From Lepidodermella squamata (taxonomy: Eukaryota > Animalia > Gastrotricha): a stretch of DNA of 64,000 bases. The number at the start of each line of letters is the position of its first letter. Position 1 is the first letter of the stretch. The position numbers and the translations under genes were made by a program. This document shows, one piece after another, positions 46,433-58,517 of the stretch. The notes under the pieces are model-generated. The model was not told where the DNA came from, ran no database searches, and saw only the letters and a program-made list of their open reading frames with translations. The DNA is taken from contig JBLDXI010000028.1 in the NCBI GenBank assembly GCA_047495785.1, positions 1,798,001 through 1,862,000 on the forward strand, written 5' to 3'.

Positions 46433-48769
46433 ATGAATTGCGAATTTCGAATTATCCTAATTCTTCTGGCAATAATGGCCTTCGGAAGTGGCTGTCTAAC
46501 TCTCGCTCAGAATGACAGCTCTACCGTTTATCTCACAATGCTGGCATTATTACCGAGAGGTAATGCAACTGCTTCTGCTAATTCATCAGCCTGTGAAGCC
46601 GCTGTTCAATTCGTCATTGACTCGGTGAATCCCCGGAAGGACATCCTAGCTGATTATATTTTTCAGCTCCAAGTGAAAGATGAAGGTCAAGGTGCAAACA
46701 AAGCTAATGCGGCGACAATTAATTTTTATCGAAAGCAGGCAGAGTCGCCAACTAGTATTATGGCTCCTATTGTTTTTGGACCAACATCTTCTTGTAACGT
46801 TGTAGCTTTGACTTTAAAACATCTTCAGCTCACTGAATACTCGCCTCGCTGCAGCGGTCCGCCCCTTTTTAGAAGATCAAACCTATACTCATCAGTATTC
46901 ACTGTATCAACCGCCACAGAGGCAAACGTCATGGCTGGGTTAGCTTTTCTTAAATTCATCGGAAATTGGAGAGAAATAGCTATTTTGACTAACGCCAACA
47001 ACTCCAACGAATACCTAGTAGCGGAAAGAATGAATGGAATCGCCTCTGATTATAACATATCTGTTATTCGCTACGACAGCGTCTATGACATCGATTTAGA
47101 AATTGCGAACGAGTTGAACATCAGTGATGCAAGAATTATCGTCTTGTCATTGGCATCCGGCGCGACTTGTATAAAATTCTTATGCCTGTCTCACGTTGTC
47201 GGAATGCGTGCGCCCTATTATGCTTTCATTAATTTGTTATGGTGCGCGTTCGAAATCGATGAGCAAGATACTTCGCTACCTGACGGATGCACTATAGGTA
47301 TGTTGATGGAGCAGCTGGAGATTTACTTTTATGCTGGGTCTCTTCCGATTCCGGCGAACCCTTCTATTAGTCGAACAAGTCTTGACTATACCCTCGCAGA
47401 ATTCGACGCCTACATGGCACCTCTCACTAATAGCACGGATTTTTCAACAAGGTACCTATGCCACGACGCGATTTTGACCGCAATTATGAACGCTGATAAA
47501 GCAGACAGGATTCTGCGATCGAATTACAACAAAAGTCTAGCTAGTTTTGAAAGGGACCCTGCACTTGTCGCAGACGTTGTGAGAGCTGTATCCGAAAACA
47601 CAGACATAAATGGATTAAGACTGGGTAGGCTAGCCTTTAGCAGACTCGGAGAAATATCAGGGGACGATCTTTGGATTGCTCAAATGCGGAAAGGGAAGGT
47701 CGATCTTCTTGCGAAACTTGCCAAGAAAAATAACCTAACTTTCAATTTGAGTAGCTACGACTTCACGGTTGTGAAGAAGCCTTATTGGCCTGGTAACACC
47801 TTACCAAAAGATTTGTCTGATACACTGGACATTACTGCATTCTGTGACCGCGAAGGAGCATTCCCAATCGTTACAGCCATTATCTCTATTGCTCAGTGCT
47901 ACGCTGGCATCATTGCGGTCAATCGCAAAGGCCGTTCCGTGGTTTTCAGAAAAGCTAACCCAGTCATACTCTTATTGTTTTGTCTCGTGATGAATTCAGT
48001 GGCGATGCTGATCGTAATTGGAGCTACCTGGTTCCCACATCTCGAGTGCATGATTCGCGGTTTGATATTCAACGCTAGCATGTCCTTACCGAATGCTTTC
48101 GTTTTCCTGCACGCTGCTTGGTTCCTTTCGGGAATCAAGAAAGTGTCAACCAGAGCTGTTGTCTCCCGGTTAAAGGTTGCAGCAGACATCCACGAAGTAT
48201 TTAAGGAAAAGCATAGCAAAAGAAAGAAGAAGCATGCTAAAACAGTGGCAAATGAAACAATTTTCCTATCCTTCGACGACGAAAGCAAAGTACATGTTAA
48301 GAAGTATCTTGCGATAGCGATCGGTTACTTCTTTGGAAAACTAGTCATTTTGGTTGTGTATTTTATCCTTTATACGCCTGAACACTCCATGACAACGTCA
48401 AAGCCTGTCTTCGACACAGCTTTAGATTCCTACGTCGATTACATCGATCCCGTTTGTGACAGCCCGCATGTAACCGAGATGCAATGCTTAGTATTTTCGA
48501 TTGATTTCCTTCTCATGATCTCTTCGCTGTTCATTTGCAACCGGTTGATGAAGGTCAAGGAAAGTTCTGTAATTCTACAGCGCGAGTTGAAATCAGTGAA
48601 CCTCGCTGCCATCAACCAAGCGGTGTTGCTGATGGCGTTTGTTTTGGTTCTAGTTATCATGTCAAACGTAACCCGGGATTGCGCGAACATTTTGCTGTTC
48701 GCAATGGGACTGCTGTTCTACTCATGTTCGACTTTCGCCATTTTCTTGCATCCAAAGCTGAGGAAGTAA
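46433..48769 (+). CDS. Class C GPCR, GABA-B-like paralog 3, intronless, 778 aa
   Basis: Same architecture; ends FLHPKLRK. Confidence 0.9.
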   Translation: MNCEFRIILILLAIMAFGSGCLTLAQNDSSTVYLTMLALLPRGNATASANSSACEAAVQFVIDSVNPRKDILADYIFQLQVKDEGQGANKANAATINFYRKQAESPTSIMAPIVFGPTSSCNVVALTLKHLQLTEYSPRCSGPPLFRRSNLYSSVFTVSTATEANVMAGLAFLKFIGNWREIAILTNANNSNEYLVAERMNGIASDYNISVIRYDSVYDIDLEIANELNISDARIIVLSLASGATCIKFLCLSHVVGMRAPYYAFINLLWCAFEIDEQDTSLPDGCTIGMLMEQLEIYFYAGSLPIPANPSISRTSLDYTLAEFDAYMAPLTNSTDFSTRYLCHDAILTAIMNADKADRILRSNYNKSLASFERDPALVADVVRAVSENTDINGLRLGRLAFSRLGEISGDDLWIAQMRKGKVDLLAKLAKKNNLTFNLSSYDFTVVKKPYWPGNTLPKDLSDTLDITAFCDREGAFPIVTAIISIAQCYAGIIAVNRKGRSVVFRKANPVILLLFCLVMNSVAMLIVIGATWFPHLECMIRGLIFNASMSLPNAFVFLHAAWFLSGIKKVSTRAVVSRLKVAADIHEVFKEKHSKRKKKHAKTVANETIFLSFDDESKVHVKKYLAIAIGYFFGKLVILVVYFILYTPEHSMTTSKPVFDTALDSYVDYIDPVCDSPHVTEMQCLVFSIDFLLMISSLFICNRLMKVKESSVILQRELKSVNLAAINQAVLLMAFVLVLVIMSNVTRDCANILLFAMGLLFYSCSTFAIFLHPKLRK

Positions 48770-48993
48770 CGAAATTCGCGGTGAAAATTTTCCTGTGAGG
48801 CTCACAAATTGGAAATCAACATAGCACAGTTTTGAAAAATAAATCGATTTAGTGCTATTTACTATGATCATCTTTAATGAACCGAAAAGGCACACGTTCG
48901 TAAGATCTCGCGAGTAAAAAATGAAAAAAATGCTCACAAATTATTGTCATTGCTAGTCAATTATTGTCGAAGTTCCACCTTTTTAAATTCAAA

Positions 48994-51121
48994 ATGATTC
49001 GGCGAACTAGGCGTTTCATGCTTGTTGTCACAAGCTTTGTCGCGTTTTACCTGTTATTTGTTCTCGATATATTTTACACAGCACCGGAAATCGAATTTCA
49101 ACAGCAAGTCAGCGGAGACGAAATTCAATCGAATTATTTCGACGAAGAATGTCGAAAATTACTGCAAGAATCCGATGAATGCCGCTCTATCATCCAAGAA
49201 AACCTCGACAAAGGGAAATGGTTTGATCCTCGCCAAGGAAATTTTACAAAAACCTATTTAAATTTAAACCGGGTGTTGCTCGTCATTTATTTCAACGACC
49301 CCCTCTATGTCTCGGCAATTAAAAATTACGCCCTATATAGAAGGTAAAGCTGAATATTTCCTAGAAGCCCAAATTTTAATTGTTGCTCAGGATATTCGGG
49401 GAAATTATGTTTTGCGGCCCTGAGGCTGGTGAAAAATCTCACTTCTGGCCATTATGGCAAAGTGTTCGAGACACAATGCCCGAACTTGCCCTGCCGGAGC
49501 AAGTCAAATTTCTAACCTATCCCAAGCCGAAATGGGACAATGGCGAATCGGCCTACCTTTGCTTTAACGAGGCCCTCGATCTAATTCGTCACGATGATTT
49601 CGATGGGATTTTGGTCGCGGGTGACGACGTTATGCTCAATTACTGGAATTGGGGCGGTCCTAATGACGAGAGAAGTTTGGATAAAAACTGGTTTATGATG
49701 ATCCAGTACCCAGGTTTGCGGCCGAGGGATGTTACCCGTGGCATAGTAATTCACCAAGTTGATACGGTATGAATTAGTTCCGATCTTCCAAATAGACTGA
49801 TTCCTGAATTTTTTCTAGGGAGGTGAATGCTTGGGACTCAATTCGGACAACGACGTCGATTGTACAAATGAATCCAAGTGGTTTTATACAACCGAGTATA
49901 GGACAGAGTTGGTATCATTTTTCGATGAGTTCGATGAGCTGGGCAAATCGGGTTCGGAATTTTGGCAGTTGGCCCATAAAAACGCTCTCGAAGCGACATT
50001 CGGCCCTCGTCGGGTCATGTTCAGCGGTGGTGATTTTTTCTACATCACAAAATCGAAATGGCGGCAGTTCGCTGAAATGTTCCAACTCATGGCAAAGTAA
50101 GGAATTCTTTTAATTTGTTTCCAGATTTTAATCTTCGATTATTCATCAATTAATGTGTGCCTCTTGATTTGACATTTCTTCCAAATTTTTCAAATTTCTC
50201 AACGATCACGAAATTAGCAAGCTGTGTATTTTTATTCTTTAGATTATTATATAAAGCACCGGCCACGGGTGGGCTTTGGGCGCACACATCGAAGTGCCAC
50301 TTCGCGCGTGATTACAAGTAATGATAATTGTAGATTATTATATATTAGTTATAGTTTATAATTATCGAGGTATTACGTTGTTTCGGAAATAGCGACAGGT
50401 GGATACACCGTAGATTTTAGCGTTGTACGATAGAGATGAGCTAAAGATATTATTCTAGATAAATTTACATTTTTCACAGGTTTACAGCAATTGATTGATT
50501 CGTAGATATCTTTCGGGTCGACATTAGTATCGTCAGAATTGTCATCAATATTATTTTTGTAATACGGAGTATGCTTACATCACGAAATTATGAATCAATT
50601 TGAAAAAAAAATTTTAATTTCAAACTGAAATTCAGAATTTTGTCGAAATATTTATGCATTTATTTATTCTACTGAATTCGAATTTCCAAAATTATAAAAA
50701 TCCAGCAAGTTCAATGTTACACAAAATCACAAATCACTCAATTTTATTACAAAAATATTTGTTGACCAGGCATCGAGTATGGCTCGAATTCGCAGTTGGA
50801 ACCTCAGTTTCAGCACTTCTCCACAAAGATGACGTTCAATTGCTGACCCTGGCCGGTCAGGACTGGTCAAATGGTGACATCCGAGTGAAGCCCATCGGTC
50901 ACGTCTACGACATGACCCTGCCTTACATGCATCCGATCAAACTCAGCTCGGTATTCAGCGAAAAGCTAACGCCACCGAGCGAACTCGCGGAAATAATCGC
51001 AAATAAATCGGCTATCAAAGTCGTCAGTACGAACACTGGGCGGTTTCTTAAAAACGATGCGACTAAAGACTGCGTATTTTGCCACGTTCTTAGCGTTTCG
51101 TTGAACTTGAATCCTAATTAG
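48994..51121 (+). CDS. Type II membrane glycosyltransferase-like protein (STELLO/DUF288-related), ~451 aa; exons 48994-49343, 49391-49766, 49819-50096, 50770-51121
   Basis: N-terminal TM; LYRRIFGEIMFCGP, GILVAGDDVMLNYWN, GDFFYI, VWLEFAVGT and HPIKLS motifs; introns 47, 52 and 673 nt join in frame. Confidence 0.75.
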
Positions 51122-51207
51122 CAATAAATTCAGTTTAAATAGATCGTCTCGAAATTGAAAAAATTATTTAAACAAAAATGAATTTTTCTAGTTACGTTTT
51201 AGACATC

Positions 51208-52352
51208 ATGAGAGGGTCCAATTTTTATGGATTGATGACCCTTTTGATCTTATCATGTTGGACACTGTTTATTTTAAATATGGTCGCTAACTCTATCGAT
51301 GAAAACGAGAGAGAATCGATTTTCGACCCTAAATTTCTGGCCGAATCGAAGGGAATTTTCGTGAGGTACCCGACTGAAGAACAATTAGAGGCACGAAAAG
51401 CCAATCCCGCGCCTTGCTCGTTGTTCGAAAACGAAAGACGTAGGCCTAAAATTGTTGTGATAAATTACGGCGATTCGGAATCAAGGCGAGAGGAACAAAG
51501 GAGAAGTTGCCATACAGCATTGCAAGCTGGCGAACTAGACGTATGTCTTTCTTTTTCGCCTGATTTTCTCGACGACGAATTTCGCCGGGTCAATAACGAA
51601 GTTCTCAGCTCATCAACTGGCGGAGGTATAATTAAAATTTACCGGGCTCGCATTGGAATTTTTTGAAAATTTTTCCAGGTCTTTGGTTGTGGAAACCCTA
51701 TATTGTTTTCCACACACTCTTGGCAATGAAAGATGGCGATTATTTATTCAACTTGGATGGCGATCATCGTGTTTACAACTCAATAAAGCCTTACATTTGC
51801 TTACAGGTTTATTTCGAATTTTTCATATTTTTCCTAATCTAAATCACGTTACTTTTTCAGCATCAATTAGGGGTTGATATCGTTTCGTTTTATCAAGAAT
51901 ATATTGAAGATGAATGGTCGAAAGCTGATGCGTTCTTCTTCATGAATCTCGAGGCGAATGAAAGTGAATTTCGGAAAACTGCCCAGGTCATGGCCGGCTA
52001 CAACATAATGCGAAGAAGTGCGAAGTCCCTTCGATTCGTCGCTGAATGGCTGACTTACGCCCAAGACGAGCGGATAGTTGGCAACGACGCGAGTTCTCAC
52101 CGCGAAGAGTCGCCTAATTTCGTATCGAACCGACACGATCAAACGGTGTTTAGTTTATTAGCGAAAAAATGGAATATAACCGTATTTCCGAACCCGCAAG
52201 AACCGTGGCCGGAATCTACTTACGAGGAGCAGGGGCGGCTAACTGGTCACAATATGGTGCCTTTAAATGCAGAAAATCATCCGACTGTTAAACTAGCTCA
52301 GCCTTGTTACCCTCATATATGTCGGCCACCTTATACGTATTATCAAGATTAA
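51208..52352 (+). CDS. Type II membrane putative glycosyltransferase (WxWKP...RHDQ family), ~345 aa; exons 51208-51625, 51679-51806, 51861-52352
   Basis: N-terminal TM; GGGLWLWKPYIV..L..MKDGDYLFNLDGD (DxD), EDEWSKAD, NRHDQTVFSLL; introns 53 and 54 nt in frame. Confidence 0.75.
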
Positions 52353-52872
52353 CTATAGTAGAAATTGAGAAAATCAAACGTCATGAAAATAATAAAAGAA
52401 TTATTGCAATATTTTCGAGAAATTTCTCTTTGATAACGAGCTGCCAAAAATCAGCCGATGAAAACATGTTGAAAGCAAATCTATACCGAAATTTAATTAT
52501 TTTTTGTCGGCGCATATAACGAGCGGCAAAAAATAGCGCGCGCTTATATTTGCTCTCGACTTTTTTCCTGTTGCGCCGATCAGTAAAAGCACGTTTTTTT
52601 CATTTTCGATATCAAAGTATTGCACACCCTTGATCGAAGTTTCTGGAGAAGCGTTTTCGACTAAAATTTCACGCTTTAGCAGTTCAACGTGCAGCGCGGT
52701 TCAACAGTGGCGATCTTAATTTTACTACGAACTTCCTCAATCAGTGTAATTTCACAGAAGGATATGCTTAGTATCAGCTTTTTAACGTTAATTTTTAGTC
52801 ATTTTTCGGCTAGAAGTTCACTCTCGGTCAAGCGGAACTTTTCTCGGGCGAGTGATTGTGACGCAAATCTCC

Positions 52873-55800
52873 ATGCGAAATTTGAAAAGGTAAGCACTGT
52901 TGCGGCTTGAAACGACACGTGATGGTGAAATTAAGTTATTTTTCTCCCTCGCATTAATGCTTTACGCAATTTTTCCGATAAATATAAAAAAAATGGTCCG
53001 AAAGCTTCAATTACAAGCGTATTTGGGTGGCGTGGTTTTATCGATTTGCGACAATGCATTTTTCTCATGAAGAGTGATATTTTTTATACGGCTCCGCTAT
53101 CGTTTTTTACTATTATTATTAGAATTTTACGCGCGTAATAATAATGAAAATGCGCTCGCGCTCATGCGTGATGTATAGAAAATCGTTCGATAATTGGCGC
53201 ACTACAGCAAGGATACACTTAAAATCGTATGCGAGGCGTTTTGTACGCTGCGCATATTGCATATTTGAGACGTAGTTTTTTTGCGCCGCCTTCTTGTCTG
53301 TCCTCCATCTCCTTCTCTCTCCTTCTGTAGCTAGTGAATTTTTTGCTGCTTCTGCAATATCAAGAGGCAAGCGAGCGTCATATTGTGATATCCAGAAAAT
53401 ATATATTGATTGATTCGTAGCAGAAAATTTGTTTCGCTATATACAAGACGTTCTTGTAAATCGTAATTCACTCAAAAGCTATGTCTTTAAAGTGGCCCCA
53501 TCACGACAGCAGATATAAAATCAGTACATGGAATTTTTGGAATTTTCGAACCACTTAGGTGCATCTAAGAACCCATTTTATTGCCATCTTGTCCCACCCT
53601 GTGTAATTTGTTTCATCCCTTGGTCATACATATTGTGCTAGTGCATATGCCAATAACTTTCAGTTGTCTTTTATTAGCTTCAGTTATACTTGAAGAGAAC
53701 CATTTCTACGGCGGAAACCCTTGTGATTTATATGTTGAACCCTAATGCATGACTTTAATGAAATGCATTAACGATTCGGCCATCCATCGAGCAGTGCTGC
53801 AGACTTCGAGATCCATGGCCATCGATTAATACTCAGGTTTGTAAAAAACAAAAATAACAAGTATTTTCGAGGGTTAGGCCATGGTTAGGTTGATACATGG
53901 GATTGATTGATGGAGTTTGATCGGGCATGCAATCGTCTGCAACCGTTGCTAATGCGAAAGCTCGACCTCTAAAACTGTATGCATGCCCGCTAACATTAAG
54001 TTTTATCCGTTATTACTTTCTGAATGTACTCGAACGTCACACCTTTCGAGCGAGCCAATCATTTGCAGCTATTGTCGGCAAACTCGTAAATTATTTATGC
54101 GTGTGTGTAATTATTTGTACATACGCCAACATTGAATCTTGCCCAGCACTTTCGCAAGCAGTTAAGCATCCTTGAAGCGCAGTTCTTGTTGCAACCGCTT
54201 ATCAGTGAGTGATAACGCTTGAAGCATTGAGCATCTAGGCTCGGCTTGTTAAGATAATGCTGGCAATGCTTTCTTCGTGACTCATTCTCAGCTAAGTTCA
54301 GATCATTCGAAGATCATTCTAGCTTCCTGAAGTGCGCTTAATAGTGTAATATTTACCACCCAAGCTTGCGAGGTTGACGCTCACTTTGATCTGAAAAATC
54401 CGCCTTTCGGTCAGATCTCCATGCTACAAAATATATTTTTAAAATCAATACTTGAATATATTTAAAGATATAAATTAAACTTTCAATAGATAAATTTCTG
54501 TTTTCATTTATTATCATTCAAAACTATTCGAGTTTTGGCGCTCAAAATTTGTAAAATATTGTTTTAGTGGCGTGACCGCGTAGCCACTGCCAAGTGGGTT
54601 TGTCCTACAATTGCGTTATCTCTAGGATCGCTTTTTGACGCCTCCACAGGTGTGTCTCCTGACACCTTTTTGTTCATCGTCAATAATTTCGCGCTATCTA
54701 ACATCTGCCATTACTTAAATGCTCTATTGAGTAATATTATCCCTTGCTGCTATCTGCTATCATTCTTTGGCTGAAACACAGAAAAAACGAGTGTTCTTAT
54801 CTACGGCATGGAGTTTTAACATGAAATCAAGTGCCGGTCGTATGGGCGGTGGTGCCATGGTTTTCTGATTCAAAGCTGATTAATTCATATAGCAGATCAA
54901 TATAAGTTTGTAGGGTGTGGTGGGCCCATATGCATCTGTTCTGTGCACTTGTAATGGCAGCGACCACTCATCAAACTGCCTATTTTTTACACTTTACACT
55001 TTCAGTCTTCATATATCAACTGACGAAGACTAGTAGCGCAGAGAGTACCGGGAATTATTCATGTTGAATCTTCATGTCTTCCAATGCCGTATTCCATTTA
55101 GTCAAAGCTGTTGCTCATAACCGCTATGCCACCTAATGAATTCTTAATTCTTATACTATGTGTTGGACTTTATTAATTCTAGAATCTATTTAGATTTTAT
55201 ACCCTACGATATAATGAGTTGTTCATAAGTACCTCATTGCTATCTATTGCCACCTTCACCAACCCGTGTACATATCAAGCATTTGACAATCATCTTTCTG
55301 AGATCTGATGCGCATTGATAACTTGATGGACAAAGTCTTGAAAAATGGATTTAAGCACACTCGGTAGGTTGCTACTTCGCACAAAATGCACGCTTTCTTA
55401 TTACTGTTCGCTGGGCTTGCACCTAAAAAATTCCGATGAATCTATTTTCGTGTGTTGAAATGTTCTCGTTTATATTTTCAGCTCCGCGTCCGAATTCAAT
55501 ATCTTTTTCAAGACTAAAGGAACTTTCGGCAAGAGTCAGTCCTCGAGGAAGTCATCAATGGTTCCGGAGAAAGACGGTTCTTCCATCAATAATATCAACG
55601 GATGCACACCTGTCACCGGCCAAAGAGGTATTCCAGGCAGTGCCGGTGGTCTGGAAACATCCAGCTCTGATTACGCTCTAGCTAGTCACGCATTAATCGA
55701 CAGCAAGACTGATCTTGTCGATGCTAATTTAAAAATCGACGAGGATGAAATTGTAAGTTTTTTGCTGTGTCGCAACACTGCGCGCATCAGGTGATTATAA

Positions 55801-58517
55801 ATCTCCGTTTGTGGGATTAAGATAAGCAGTTCATTGTTTGCGCAACACTAATCGCTTTTGTCTTAATTACACTAGTGTGTTATCGCATGTGTACTTTGTA
55901 CCATTGCAGCAGTTTCTTCGCGAGCTCTAGAAAGCGATAAAGTGTTGTTTTATTGTTTCTTTAAGACAATTGCGGATTTGAAATTGCCTAAAAATAATGG
56001 AAGACTTGTCGTATTTCGACGCGCCTCTCGACTTTCGTGTCGACGAAGGGATAAAACACCTCGCTCAGGTTCGATACTGTGTACTTTAATGCCAGAGTAT
56101 TTGCCAGTTCTGTTTATTCGGCGCGCGCGCTCGAAGGGTTACGCTCCACTTTCTAAGCGCGTATTGTGCGTCCCTGTTTGATCTCAGCCGCACTGTCTCT
56201 TGTTTACCGGTGGCTGCAACGCAACGTTTTCCCGCTTGTTTAGCCGCTGTGAATAGCGCAGCAAAAAGACGAAGCTGCTTGCTTCATTCACGCAATCTCA
56301 AGGCCCGCTTTTAAATGCCATGCGTCCACATGCAATGCACATTATATAGCGTAATTTGACGTATAACGTTCACGGCGCTGCGTCGTATCTGTTTTACTCA
56401 AACGGAAATACTGCAGTATTTCGTATAATTTACCCTGCTCAAGAAAAACCATGTTAGCCGCGGTAGCTGTTTTTAAAATAAGACTCGATGTCCGTTGGAT
56501 TTTTTTCTTAAATTCCTATTGCAATGATTTTTTATTCTGTTTCAGGCTGTCGATGGAACTATCAAAAAACAGCATGCAGTCAAATTTCTGAAAATGTTCT
56601 CAGATATACCGCGGACTGAAGTTCTGATCAATTGTAAGTTGATTTATTTTTCGATCATTACAGGAATTTATTTCTGTTTATTGTTTAGATTATTCCTGCG
56701 CTTATGTCGGTGAAATTCTCACTCAAGGCTATCTCTACGTCTCGCGTAATTACTTCTGCTTTTCATCAACATTATTCGGTGTTAAAACTCAGGTATTTTT
56801 TTCAATCGAATAACCGAGCGATGCGGTTGATTTTTTCCTCGTTTCAGATTATCATTCCGGTTGCCGAGGTTCTAAGTATTACTCTCGAAAAAGTGGCGTA
56901 TCTTATCCCGAATGCCGTTGGCATCGTCACTCAACAAAACAAAGTTTGTTTACATTGATTTTTTTCTCCGATAATTGCTTTTTATTGCCCGGTTTCAAGA
57001 CTAAAATCACACCTAATATCTATGGGGATTTCGCAATCGATTGAAATGATTTATATTAAAGAATTTTCGAGGCTTAACTAGGTGTAAATTAACTTTCTTT
57101 TTTTTCAATTTGCAGTATGTCTTTGGATCGCTATTATCGCGGAAGCAGACTTTTAAACTGCTCGTTAAGGTGCTAGAGAAGAACCGCGCCAACGCCTCGA
57201 TCGGCCCGTCGACCCCGGACACGGCCGGCCTTCTGGGCGGCGCGCCCCGATGCCAGACGGCGCTCGAACTCGGCGCTCTAGTCGACGGCCCGCTCCTAAA
57301 TGGCATTGAATCACTGCCGGTCAACGAAGTTGGTGCTAATTTACTACTCGGCGCTAGCGATCCTACAACAGCGTCGACAACCTCGGTGACGCCGGTGCCG
57401 GGCGACGGGTCGAACGAAGACCCGGCGACACTGCTTCAAAGCCAGCAACAACTGCCTGGTCTATCGCACCCGCAGTTGATCGACCGGACGCATTCGCGGT
57501 ACCTGGCTCAGACAGGGCTGGACGAAGAACCGCCGTCCTATCCGAAATCTGGTACGGTCAATGCGAATTCAAGTCTAGGCGGGGCATTGACGTCTAATCA
57601 ACATCAGCAACGATTTGCCAACGGCGGCATTCCGCAAAAAACGCACTCTGGCCACGCGGCGCCTGTGCCGAGCGAGGCCAACTGGAACCAGGCCAACACA
57701 TCGAATTACCTTATGATCTGCTTTTTAATGTTAGTTGAAAAGATGACCGGAATTGGATCATCACGTTTAATTGAGGCTAAAATATTTAAGAAAAAAATGT
57801 CAAAAATTATTAAGCTGGAATTTTTATTTATTAAATTCGCAATTTTATATATTTTTTCGCTTTTCTTTTTAAAATTTAACCGACTGCTAAATAAAAATAT
57901 TTTCTAAAAATACCGAAATTCCGTAGGTAAATTCTTAATTTTCCCGCTAGGTCATTCAAGGGACATGTGTAAATGATGAGTTTTCCTCTTCATTAACATC
58001 ATTAATCCTAATACACCGGACTATGAGATAATAAAATTCAAGTCCGCAACTAGTTTGCCCTCGGAATTGAGTTAAGACGCACACTTTGTTATCAAAAATG
58101 CCATGTTTTGATGGTATGGTGAAATTAATTTCGGTTAATTATTTGTACGTATCTCGCAGGTTGCTCGTGACGGTGCTAGTCAGTGTACACATATCTTATC
58201 GCATCAATAACATTGAACTGATGATAGCTCAGGGATATCAACGCTATTGCTCGTCGGTATCGTGCTCGCCCGAGGAGAATCTGCTGAACACGCTCGACAC
58301 CAGTGCTACCATGTTGGGACGTGTAAGTATCATCATTTATTTATCATTTATTCTCTCACATGAAAATTCTGAATTTCCTTTAATTTTATAAATTATTTGA
58401 ATTTATTTATCGATATTTTTCAAGGTGAAAACAAGTCTGGATCGGCTGGCCGAACAGATGGTGCTAGCAGGGCCGCAGCAACAGGCGCAAGCGGCGAGTT
58501 CGCCGTCGAGCGAGTAA
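52873..58517 (+). CDS. GRAM-domain protein with C-terminal TM, GRAMD2-like; exons 52873-52889 (tentative), 55482-55752, 56546-56633, 56689-56792, 56848-56943, 57116-57729, 58160-58322, 58425-58517
   Basis: KFLKMFSDIPRTEVLINYYSCAYVGEILTQGYLYVSRNYFCFSSTLFG...EKVAYLIPNAVGI...YVFGSLLSR is a GRAM domain; TM YLMICFLMLLVTVLVSVHISYRI; no VASt domain; all junctions GT-AG and in frame. Confidence 0.85.
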
